Below, one piece after another: positions 1 to 11,147 of a stretch of DNA of 32,742 bases (positions are counted from its first letter, which is position 1; the number at the start of each line of letters is the position of its first letter). Both the position numbers and the translations under genes were made by a program. Below the pieces are notes generated by a model. The model did no database searches and was not told where the DNA came from. It saw nothing but the letters and a program-made list of their open reading frames with translations. Source of the stretch: Eledone cirrhosa (taxonomy: Eukaryota); the NCBI GenBank assembly GCA_964016885.1, contig CAXHJY010001330.1, positions 1 to 32,742 on the forward strand. The letters run 5' to 3'.

Positions 1-2
1 TC

Positions 3-215
3 AGAGAGAGAGAGAGTCGGAAGGACAATGTGAGACGGGAGGGTGTGTGGTATCTTTGCAGTGGAGTGGTGGGGGCAGGTATACCTAGCCGGGCGCCAGC
101 CGAACGGGCCAGCTAGTATATATATATATATATAGGTATACCTGCCCCCACCACTCCACTGCAAAGATACCACACACCCTCCCGTGTCACATTGTCCTTC
201 CGACTCTCTCTCTCT
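3..215. repeat. Inverted repeat with ~85-bp arms (3-87 / 133-215) around a Helitron-like 3' end and a (TA)n tract
   Basis: The left arm ...GTCGGAAGGACAATGTGAGACGGG...GGCAGGTATACCTA is the reverse complement of TAGGTATACCTGCC...CCCGTGTCACATTGTCCTTCCGAC, with one mismatch in the non-microsatellite part. The spacer has a GC-rich segment ending CTAG|T at 113-117. Confidence 0.85.
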
Positions 216-222
216 TTCTCTG

Positions 223-303
<81 letters not shown>

Positions 304-310
304 ATCTCTC

Positions 311-341
<31 letters not shown>
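204..341. repeat. (CT)n microsatellite
   Basis: Seen directly; it explains the spurious SL-repeat ORF 184-381. Confidence 0.95.
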
Positions 342-493
342 ATGTGTGTGTGTATATATTGAAGGGAGATACGGAAACTAAAACAGTGTTGTCAGATAGA
401 GAGTGAAGAGCGACAGAGAGAGTAAAGCAGTTAAATTAAAGAGAGGAGGAATGATCTTACATATATATATATGTATATATATATATATGTAAC

Positions 494-3400
494 ATGGATT
501 ACTACAGCATCACAACCTCACTTAAAGACATACCTATTCCGGGAAAATCTGAATTCACTAAACTTCTGATTGAAAAACTGACTCTTTTGTGAGAAGGCTT
601 AGATGGATCGCCTTTTTCCATGACCAGCGCTTAAAAGGGAATTTTTATATTAAGGAACATAACAATATTGATTCTTTATTTAACTCTAGAAGAAATCCTC
701 CTTTCAATAAAAACATAGCACAGGTTGAAGATAAACTAACTAAAATTATACGAGGACTTAAATTCAAGAAAAACCCTTATAGAGGACAGGAACACCTTAT
801 CAATCTCAGGAATAAAATTATCGACCTTAATTCTTCTAAAAAAGTCTTAGTCCATTATGACAAAACTAATAATTTATACGGCGTAACTAGAGATAAATAT
901 AATAACTTTATCCTTAAGGAACTAAGGAAGAACTATCGCAAAACCAACCATGAGAATCTTGAATCGATTAATTTTGAAGCTTTTGAGATTGCTTCTAAAC
1001 TTGGTATCGAGAAAAAGACCGAACCCTTATTCCCAAGAACTCCGAGGATAAATCTTAAAGATCACAAAAGTAACTTTTGAACTGAACTGCCTGTAAGATT
1101 AATCGCCCCCTCTAAATCCGATCTGGGGGTTGTTAGTAAATCCATCTTGGATATAATTATCCCACAGGTTCGTTCTAACTGCTCTAATTCTAATTTAAAT
1201 TTATGGATGGGTACATCTGATGTAATAGACTGGTTCAATGACCTTAATAATAAAAACAAACAAAAATTTATTCAGTTTGACATTCCCAGTTAGTATTCTT
1301 CTATTTCGCCTTCACTCCTCAACAAAGCTCTCTCTTATGTGTTTAAATATTCAGACATCACCACAGATGAATTTTTTTCTCTCCGCAAGAAAAACTATCC
1401 TGGAATTCAATAACGAATATTGGACAAGAGCTGATACTTCCAAAAATGTTGACATCACCATGGGTTCGTCGGATTCAGCGCAATTGACAGACTTGGTTGG
1501 AATTTTCATCTTGAACTCTTTAAATCGGAAAATTCCTCAACTTCGCGGTGGAATTTATCGTGACGATGCCCTTTTTACTCTCTTAAACTGTAACATAGTA
1601 AACCTTAATATTATCAAGAATAATATACTTGATCTATTTAAGCACCATAACCTAAAAATTGAATTTGAGAACAACGTTAAATTAGCTAACTTCCTAGATA
1701 TATCCCTTAATCTTGACACCGGCCTATATTACCCATACCATAAGGATAATGAGAACCTAAATTATGTTAATTTTAAATCAAACCACCATAAAACCACCTT
1801 ATTAATGTTAAGAATGCTATAGTCAGAAATGTTGAAAAAAGAATCTCTAATCTATCTTCTCATAAACTTATCTTTGACGCTAAAGCCAATTATTACAATA
1901 ATGCGCTATCCAGAGCTGGTTATCCAGACAGAATTAAATACGCTAATGAAACCAATCATGGCAGAAATAATATAGCTAGTTATAAGCACTCCAATAACTT
2001 AAAGAGGAGACCTAGATATAAAAACATTATTTGGTACAACGTTCGTTTTTCTCTTTCTATTATTAGTAATATTCCTAAATTATTTTTTAGGGCGTTAGTT
2101 AATTGCTTCCCTCCTTCACATATTTATAGTAAGATCTTTAATAAGGATACAATTAAATTATCTTATTCCTCCACTTCCAACATCTGTAACATTATCTCAA
2201 AACATAATACTAAAATATTAAATAATAAATCATATCCATCCAACTCTGAGCGTCATAGTAATAACACTATAAGGCCCGACGTCAATGTAAACTCTAGATA
2301 AGATTACTTAAATATAAATACGACGTCAAACGTAATTTCGTTGAATGCTCCTAATATTAATCTAAATCAGGAAACATTAGCCCCTCTTGTAGGTAATTTC
2401 TCCACTACAATTCCTTCTATAAACAACTCTGGGCCACTTGCAAATAACTCTTTTAATAACATTAATCGTAAATACAATTGCCCTTATAGAACTAAATGTC
2501 CTCTTAATAATCACTGTCTCGATAAAAATTTAGTATACGAATGTAAGGTGATAACTAGTACCAATTCTTATACCTACTTTGGCCCTACTTCTACTTCCTT
2601 TAAGGCAAGATTATATAACCATTCTTCGTCTTTTAAATACCCACTTAAAAGAACAAACACTGCACTCTCAGAACTCATCTGGTCCTTAAAAGAAGACAAA
2701 AACATTAATTACAAAATTTCTTGGAGAAAAATTTGCAACACTTCTCCTTATTCCAATGCTTCCCTGTCCAGAACTTGTAATTTATGCCTAGCTGAAAATG
2801 TTTCCATTATCTCTAATTTTAACTCTATAATAAATAGACACACACATTTATTTTCGCTTGGCATCCATAAATCTCTTAGGACATTTCACTAAATATACAG
2901 CTAATATCTTACTCCATAATTAAGATTAAAAACTTTTTCTCACACATATTTATATCTTTTTTACACATATACCCCTTTTTTTCTACCATATTTCAGTACA
3001 TTCTACAAAGTTCATTCATACTATGACGTTTTTGGTCCCCTAATTTTTTAATTTTTTAATTTTTAATTTTTTTAACCTTTTAATTCACTATAGCAAATTC
3101 CTTTATCTTCTTGGCGATACAAATTTCTTTTAAATAGTCCATCTTTATGTCATTTTTTCTCAACATTACTTTTTTAAGCCGCTATATTTCCCAATTTTTT
3201 ACTTCAAATCTATTAATATTAGCATTAGGTGAATTTTGGAAACAAATTTTTGACGTAATATGTTTTCTTCCTCGTATTTTTCTGTTTTCTCTCTTTCCAT
3301 GCTTGTATTAACTTAAATAATTACTTTTTCTATTACAATCTATTGAAACAAACTAGGACCCTATATCGTCTTCTAAGCTTATAAATCATTTAATTTTATT

Positions 3401-3983
3401 TTCATTCTTATCTTATTTTACTTTATTTTGTCTTAATAATACTTTTTTAATAAATTTTTCGCACATCTTAATAAATCCTTCACTATTTAAACACTAAATA
3501 AATAGTATACTTAATTTCTATATCTGTAATCATAAGCATCATCATTCATAAACCTCATTAACTTTTAAATTTTTAATTTATTTATAAATTTACAACCGTT
3601 TTTTCACTTATTTCTCTGTGGAGACAGCGTTTCTCAGTTTAAATGTTTATCTCTCTCTCTCCTTTCTCATACTCTCTCCTTCCTCCTTCTTATACTCTTC
3701 CTCCGTTATTCTTTCCTTCTTTTTTCTTTTTTTCCTTTCTTCCTCTTCCTTACTTTTTTCCCCTTCCTTTCCTTTTTTCCAATCTCCTATATCCTTTTAA
3801 ATTTATTTATCATATGTTGATTAGACACTACCTTGCTCACAAGTTTTTTTTTAAGCTTCATATCATGTCTCCCTATTTTATCTGATGAGAACGCAAATAT
3901 CGTCCAAGGATGATATTTGTTTTTGAAATGCGCTTAATAAAATACATGGAACTTTTTTAACCATCTTTTAATTTCTTCTTCTT

Positions 3984-3986
<3 letters not shown>
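494..3986 (+). mobile_element. Naiad-type Penelope-like retroelement, full-length ORF but decayed (RT + C-terminal GIY-YIG endonuclease), ~1.1 kb AT-rich 3' region ending in an HHR
   Basis: ATG at 494 gives MDYYSITTSLKDIPIP. Across frameshifts and stops: RRLRWIAFF, DKTNNLY, LKDHK..RLIAPSKSDLG, FIQFDI, DITMGSSDSAQLTDLVG, GIYRDD, SNH, KNIIWYN, KIFNKDTIKLSYS, (Y)NCxxxxxCPLNNHC, VYEC..YFG, CNLCLAE. These match Naiad/Chlamys-clade motifs. Flanked by (TA)n on both sides. Confidence 0.88.
3874..3944 (+). ncRNA. Type I hammerhead ribozyme motif (long stem II, minimal stem III)
   Basis: Stem I is TATTTTAT (3874-81) / ATAAAATA (3937-44). CTGATGA at 3882-88; stem II of ~15 bp at 3889-3924; GAAA at 3925-28; palindromic GCGC loop; TTA triplet at 3934-36. 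Confidence 0.8.
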
Positions 3987-4059
<73 letters not shown>

Positions 4060-4069
4060 CATATATATA
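3986..4069. repeat. (TA)n microsatellite
   Basis: Seen directly. Confidence 0.95.
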
Positions 4070-4089
4070 AATAAAGATATGTATATATA

Positions 4090-5392
4090 TCATAATTTAT
4101 AAAGCTCAGTGTATGGTCATGTTTCTTTGTTATAGAAATCTACGATATAGAATTTCTTCAATTGAAATTTACAATTCAGTATTCGAAATAGCTTCGATTG
4201 GGTCTTGGCACATATAATGTTTTCAATTTACCCCCACAATTACGCAAAAAATCGATAAAACTCAATATTTTACGATTTTCCTCTCTCATTTAAACTGCTA
4301 AATACTTTCCATTACCCTTCAAAATCTATACAACTTCATACTTTCTGCTACTTTCTCTTTCCAAGCTGAAACAACTATTCTTTTCATTTTACATTGTTCA
4401 TGTTGATGGTGATACTGTCCGTTTTACTCACTCATACACTTTACAGACTAAACAACAAAAACATTAGCCACATTAACGTACAATTTCGTTTATTCTAAAT
4501 GTGAGTCTTCAAACTGATTTATTTATTTGCAAACACATACAAACACACACTCACATCAAATGAATAATTAAACTTTAAATCAATTTAACCACGTGCCGGA
4601 TTTCTAACCACACATACACACTTCATTAACAAATAAAAATTATAATTTGCGACAATTATTTTCTTTCAATCGTAAAATCAAACGACATAATTATTTTCAT
4701 TTTCACATCATGTGGGTTAACAAATAATTTTTTTAAACACTATTCGCAGACTTCCTTAAACAACAAGATCAATTGCGTAGCCGGTATTCATTATGTAGCC
4801 GGTAAAGCTATGTAGCAGGTAAAAGGCTATGTAGTCAGTACGATGTTATATAGCATGAAAAGTTTATATAACCGGTAAATGTTATGTCGCCGTTAGCATG
4901 TGTGTGTGTGTGTGTGTGTATTACCGTCAATACACACGTGTGTGTGTGCGTGTTTCAATGTAGTTTTCGTTAACAATGACGAGAGTACAATCGCGCCAGA
5001 AATAATTCAAATTCTCATTCTTAACTGCTAGGGACGTTCACAGGTTCATTAAGTACTTTCAGTAAGGAATAAAAAAACATTAGCGATTGAACCCAAAACC
5101 ACGACATAAACAGGCACCAACAAACGTTTTCTTTGTCCTGTCAAAAAGTGATTGATCCTATCCCTTTCACCTACGACCTCAGTTAGGTCAGGCGAAAGTC
5201 AAATAGACAGGGGATCACCTATGTAGGTACAAACCCTGCTGCGGTATGTCTATATTTCTAGCTGCAACCAGATTATATATACCGTAGTTAACAGAGACCA
5301 TGACACACCAGGCCTGCAAACCAAACGAGATGGAATATTCATTATAATACATCAGTTCCTCAGCCCCGAGCAACGCCGGGCACTTCTGCTAG
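4090..5392 (+). mobile_element. Probable non-autonomous Helitron
   Basis: 5' end A|TCATAATTTATAAAGC at 4089/4090. 3' hairpin CCCGAGCAACGCCGGG (5365-80) is followed 8 nt later by CTAG|T (5389-93). Internal TGTAGCCGGTA-like minisatellite at ~4776-4895. No coding capacity. Pairing of the two ends is inferred. Confidence 0.65.
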
Positions 5393-6109
5393 TAAATATA
5401 TAAATATATGTGTATATATATATACTAAGATATAAGTATGTATACGTACATACATATATGTGTACAGACGCACAGTAGTATGTATATATATACATACATG
5501 CACACATATATATATGTACGTATGGGTTTACCGAACATTTATTATAATGTTCGGTTTGTTTATATACTAAGATATATATATATGTAGAGAGAGAAAGAGT
5601 CATATACCGTTAGAGAAAGACAGTATTTTGTATACACATATACAAAGCACATAATATTTAGGAAAAAAATATATCTACTTCAAGGTGGAAAAAGTAATTC
5701 TTTCCAGATGAATGCGTGCCACAGCTTTCTGGTACAGGAAGGGGGAGCAAGCGGACTGGAGGGATGACGGGACAGAGGGAGGGAGGACCGGTGGTTGAGG
5801 GAGGTGCCGTAGTCGGTGGTCAGAGTCGACATCTTGTCCCGGTCGTCTTCTCCATCTTCGTCTGGTGTTGCGGGACCAGAAGTGCATTCTTGGAGGAGAC
5901 CTGCAGCTGCATCGGCTAATTCTTCTTGCAATGGTCATTCTGACGGAGCAGAACTGCTCAGCCAATCGACCCCAACCAGAACCAACCGCTCAGGGGCAAC
6001 GCACAATGAGAGCATGACAATTATTATGCACTAATCAAGAAGATACTGGGGCATAGCACAGGAAACGAATAAAAAAATGTTGCCACTAATATTATTGTAA
6101 ATTTTTTTA

Positions 6110-6235
6110 TTTCTTGTCCAATTCTTTAAAGTTTTATCTTAGTTTCTTGTCCTATTCTTTTAAAGTTTTATCTTAGTTTCTTGTCCTATTCTTTTAAAGT
6201 TTTATTTTAGTTTCTTGTCCTGTATTTTTAAAGGT
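6110..6235. repeat. ~34-bp tandem repeat, 3-4 copies (AAAGTTTTATCTTAGTTTCTTGTCCTATTCTTTT)
   Basis: Seen directly. Confidence 0.85.
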
Positions 6236-6560
6236 TTATATTCCAACAATATTACTTTTTTTTGCTGTACGCATTTTTCTATCTGGTCTACTATTTTTTA
6301 AGGCAATGCAAGCAACAACTATCTAATAATTAAATGATCATAGTGAATTACTGACAAGTGATTGACATTTTAAAGTTCTTTTGAGTATAATTGCAATCTA
6401 GTTGAGGCAACTGGCTTAATGACAAAGCTAGTAAATCATGAATGCATTTGAGATGATTAGTGTATAATAGTGAATTGGTGAAACTTGTGCATTTCAATGG
6501 TGTTACAACAATAGATGTAAGTTATATACTAGTAATACTTTATCATTTTAACTTTTTAGA

Positions 6561-6920
6561 ATGGACAAAAACCCATGCAAAGAAATTACTTTGACTGCAG
6601 TGATTCTCTCCAATTTACTTACAAAGCAAAACGTGGTCAAATACCTTATCATCTCTGATAAAATTCCCATTGAATCACTGAAAATCGGATGCATGGAATT
6701 CCTCATAAAATGCACCTATGAATCGGAAGCCATCACATATATCAATGGATATAGGGAGTTGTTCACACTGGAAGACCATCACTTCATTTGTGACTTCATC
6801 AGTTATCTTCACGATTATCTCAGACACCCAATGCCATTGATGAGAGGTGATCCAATGTGTGAGCATGTAACTAATCTTATAGAAGTTGTTATCGACCACC
6901 TGGCTTTTAGTGACATTTGA
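6561..6920 (+). CDS. Uncharacterised 119-aa ORF or exon with a BTB-associated BACK-like helical motif
   Basis: LTKQNVVKYLIISDKIPIESLKIGCMEFL resembles the L..xNV..xL..AD.....LK..C.xF pattern after BTB domains. A pyrimidine tract plus AG (6558-59) lies directly upstream. It is a complex-sequence ORF in AT-rich flanks. Confidence 0.4.
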   Translation: MDKNPCKEITLTAVILSNLLTKQNVVKYLIISDKIPIESLKIGCMEFLIKCTYESEAITYINGYRELFTLEDHHFICDFISYLHDYLRHPMPLMRGDPMCEHVTNLIEVVIDHLAFSDI

Positions 6921-7887
6921 CTGATTTGACTGATAATGATGTATTTTTAAAAAGTATGTGTACATTCTTGTTACTATTTTAAGGCAATGCAAGCAACAAC
7001 TATTTAATAAAATTTAAATTTAAAAATGACCATTGTGCATTACTAGTATGATGACATTTTATTAAGTCACACAATTAGTCAGTCAGCCATAGAACAAGGA
7101 TCAGGTGGCAAAAACATTGGCAAAAATTTGTGTCAATTTAAGATTTCCAACATTGTTCAAATGAATCATATCTGGTTTGAAGTCAGATTTGTCAAATTTT
7201 GACCAATTTTCAATGTTGTGAAGATTGGGCAAGTTCAATTTTTTAATCATTTCTTTCATGCAGTAATTAAACTTTTCCAAACGTCGTCATTTCTGGATTA
7301 CCTCCCCTAGCGTCACGCTTACTACTCACTCACTTGAACACAAGATTTATCAGCAAACTTTGATTATAAACTTTTTCCCGCTGGACCAAATTTCTAGATT
7401 TTTAAGCCAAAAGATGCGTAATGATCTACTGTTCATGCTCATATAAGTTTTATCTCAGTTAAATAAAGTAGAGCCGCGCTGTACTGTCGTAAACAGACGA
7501 TTGCCAACGAAAATACGACCACAACAATATTAGTAAACGGACTACCGTCCGTTTAGGATATACTGTATATATATAAAAATATATATATATATATATATAT
7601 TGGTCCGCCAAATTTCCCGCCAATTGTCTTCTCCGAAATGCAGCCATCTGATTGGCTGAGACGCATCATGTGATGCCATCTCCTTCTCCAATTAAAAAAA
7701 AAAAAAAAACATTTAATTTTTCTGCCTTGAATTATCGTGACTTGTCGATTCCGGATTTTGCATTTCTTTCTTCATGGATGTTGAGGGAAATTTGTGTAGT
7801 TTTCCCGTTGTTCTGAACATCTAAAGAAATGTCTGCATTCTTTTTACGTGAATATCACTTACTTTTATACGTCCAAGTTGATATAGA

Positions 7888-10800
7888 TTGACAATGGGTG
7901 GTCCTAATTTACCTTCTTCTTCTTCTTCACATTCGAACCAGCCCGTCTCGACACGCGAGGATGCCATGTTAAAAGCTATTGACGCTTTGACGCAGCAAGT
8001 CGCTCGGTTATGCAGAGAGAATAGGCCGTATTCCCGGCGGCCTAGGAGTCGTTTGCGTTCTTTCGCGACTCCACGTCGGCATACTACTTCGCTCGCCAGC
8101 AATCCATTATTTTGCTGGTATCATGCCACCTTCGCAGATAAGGCAAAACATTGCCGGCCTCCGTGTAAATATTCAGCTTCGGGAAATGTAGATCAGAGTC
8201 ACTAAAGGCAGCAAGTGAACTCTGCGAGACACAACAGAACCGCCATTTCTTCATAGAGGACCTCCTGTCTGGAAGAGCCTTCCTCGTAGACACAGGAGCT
8301 TCGTGCAGTATTTGGCCTGTTAATTGTATGACAGTAACTCCTCCCGAGTCGTCGATTGAATTGCAAGCTGTCAACCAGTCACCAATCCTAACTTTTGGAC
8401 AGATCTCGTTTCCTCTTCAGTTTCGAAATCTTCGGTCGGGATTTCAAATGGGTTTTCACTGTTGCCGACTGCCATACCTGATTTTGGGCGCGGACTTCCT
8501 GCACCATTTTTCTTTAACGGTGGACGTCCGTCACCAACGCCTAGTCGATGATATTACTGGTTTTTATCTTTGTGGCAGGACGGCAGAAGTTTCTACAGTT
8601 AGCTCGACATTCTTCATCCCTAACTCCGGAAACCCATATCATGGATTGTTGAAATCGTTCCCGCAACTGACTCATGGAAATTTTAGAGTCACTGATCCAG
8701 GCCACGCTACGGAACATTTCATTACTACTACTGGCACTCCGGTTTTTTCGCGTCCCCGCCGATTGCCAGCGGACAAACTGAAAGCAGCACGGTCTGAGTT
8801 CGATCATATGCTGCAGCTCGGAATTATTCGTCCTTCCATGAGCCCGTGGGTATCTCCATTACATATGGTGCCAAAATCTTCTGGCGATTGGAGACCCACT
8901 GGAGATTATAGAAGATTGAACTCGATGACGGTACCGGATCGGTATCCTATCCCTCATCTGCAGGTTTTTGCATCCTCGTTGCAAGGTTGTAACATTTTTT
9001 CGAAGCTCGATTTGATACGAGCCTATAACCAAATTCTTGTCAATAGAGACGACATCCCGAAAACGGCTATAACTACGCCATTTGGATCTTTTGAATTTCT
9101 CACCATGCCTTTCGGGTTAAGGAATGCTGCTAGCACCTTCCAGCGTTTTATGGATGAGGTCACTCGCGGCCTCGATTTTGAATTTCTGAATTTTTTGGGC
9201 CACGTCATTGACGCTGACGGTATTCGACCTATTCCTGAGAGAGTTAAAGCTATAGAGGATTTGCCTCCACCAACCTCACTCCGCCAGTTGCGCCAATTCT
9301 TGGGGATGATTAATTTTTATAGGCGGTTTGAGCCTAATTGTGCTAAGCTACTTTTCTCTTTGACGGAAATTTTGAAAAATTGCCGAAAGAAAAATAAAGA
9401 CATTTCTTTGAATGAAACTCAGCTCGAGGATTTTGAGAGCGCTAAAATTGCTCTAGCCAATGCATCTTTGCTGGCTCACCCAGTGTCCAATGCTAAGCTT
9501 TCGCTTTGTGTTGACGCGTCGGATACTGCCGTGGGTGCAGTTTTGCAACAAAGTAGGAATGATCAACAGCAACCGTTGGAATTTTTCTCCAGGAAGCTGA
9601 AACCTGCCGAAACCCGCTACAGCACCTTTGGACGGGAGTTGTTAGCTATATACTTATCGGTGAAGCATTTTTCGCACATGCTTGAAGGAAGAACGTCCAC
9701 CATCTTCTTTGCAAACAAAAGCCGACAAATACTCGCCCAGAGAAACTAGACATCTAGACCTCATCTCTCAATTTACTAATGATGTTCAACATATTCCGGG
9801 TTCTATGAATACAGCGGCCGACGTCCTGTCTCGTTTGCCGATTGCTTCGATCTCGTCGTTCGATGACATAGATTTGAATCGCTTGGCAGCCGATCAGCCT
9901 ACCCTCGAATTGTTGGATGTTACATCACCTGAATTTGTGAATTGCAGGATGAAATAGCTACCATTCTCGACTGCAGACGGACGGATCCTCTGCGACGTCT
10001 CTTTGGATGCGCCACGCCATTTTATTCAGTTGAACCATCGTCGAACTGTGTTTCTTGTTTTACACGGCATTTCACATCCAGGATCTTCTGCCACAGTAAA
10101 ACTCATAACGGCTAGATTCTTCTGGCCAAATATGAGACGTGATATTACTGTTTGGTGCCGTTTCTGTGTTGCTTGCCAGAAATCAAAAGTTCACAGAAAT
10201 CAAAAGTTCACAGGCATGTTAAGACTCCTCTAGCTACTTTTAGTAACCCGGACGCTCGGTTTCGCCACATTCATGTGGACATCGTGGGACCTTGGTCAAT
10301 CATATTCACTGTTATCGATCGTTTTTCGCGATGGCCTGAAGCCATCCCTTTGAGGGATATCACTGCTGAGACCACAGCGCGTGCCCTTGTGTCTGGATGG
10401 ATCGCTCGATATGGAGTACCAACTACGATTACAACGGACCGTGGAAGACAGTTTGAATCGAATCTCTTCCATGAATTAACGAAAATCATCGGCGCGAAAC
10501 GCATCCGAACTACAGCATATCATCCTGCCTCTAATGGAATGGTGGAGCGCTTCCACCAACAACTGAAAGCCGCTCTACGGACTTCTCCTGACTCTACGCG
10601 CTGGAGCGAGTACCTCCCTATTGTGTTGTTGGGGATTCGGTCAACAATAAAGGAGGGCCTTGGGTTCTCCCCGGCCGAATTATTGTATGGTGCTCCTTTA
10701 ACGTTACCTGGGCAAATGCTTGCCCCTGTCGATCTTGCTGCACAGGATTCGCTTTCCTACGTATCCCGTCTGCGTTCCTATTTTCAGGACCTGCCGCCGA

Positions 10801-11000
10801 TGGATACGAGGAAGAAAACTGTAAAATCTGCAGTCCCGAGGGATATTGCCTCGTGGACCCATGTGTTTGTGAGAAACGATGTTGTGAAACCACCTCTCAC
10901 GCAACCATACTCTGGACCCTACCGTGTATTAGCTCGTTCCGAGAAACATTTCACTGTAGACATTAAGGATTCCAGAGAGACGGTTTCTATTGATCGACTT
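7888..11000 (+). mobile_element. Ty3/Gypsy LTR retrotransposon internal region, CsRn1-like, decayed (gag C-terminus, protease, RT, RNase H, integrase); no LTRs recognised
   Basis: Gag CWYHATFADKAKHCRPPC fits C-X2-H-X9-C-X3-C. Protease FLVDTGA and ILGADFL; [35 protein letters not shown]; RNase [18 protein letters not shown]; integrase HHCC, VDIVG / TDRGRQF / NGMVERFH, and the GPY motif. Several deletions, stops and frameshifts. Confidence 0.93.
8181..8187 (+). promoter_or_regulatory. Putative -1 ribosomal frameshift slippery site G GGA AAT (gag-pol)
   Basis: X XXY YYZ heptamer in the gag frame just before the gag stop at 8203-05. The -1 frame is open from here through the protease DTGA motif into ORF 8328-9749. 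Confidence 0.7.
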
Positions 11001-11147
11001 TCTTTCTTACTCCTTTTCTTTGACGGAGATGTGGTAGTGCATTATAAGCCTTCGCCCCCTCAGCAGATGTTCATTAGTAGATTCAGTTGCCACCACTGTG
11101 AGGGCGACTGGCTGGGACTCGCAATCTTTACTCTATATCCCATCTTA

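Noticed and set aside
1078-1080. In-frame TGA in the Naiad ORF as possible selenocysteine (some Naiads encode selenoproteins)
   Set aside because: It is not at a position I recognise as conserved Cys. The copy also has TAG (1291-93), TAA (2299-2301) and frameshifts, and I could not identify a SECIS. Naiad 2's internal stop is TAA.
7700-7890. LTR or primer-binding site for the Gypsy element
   Set aside because: No TG...CA direct repeat matching the 3' side and no recognisable PBS.
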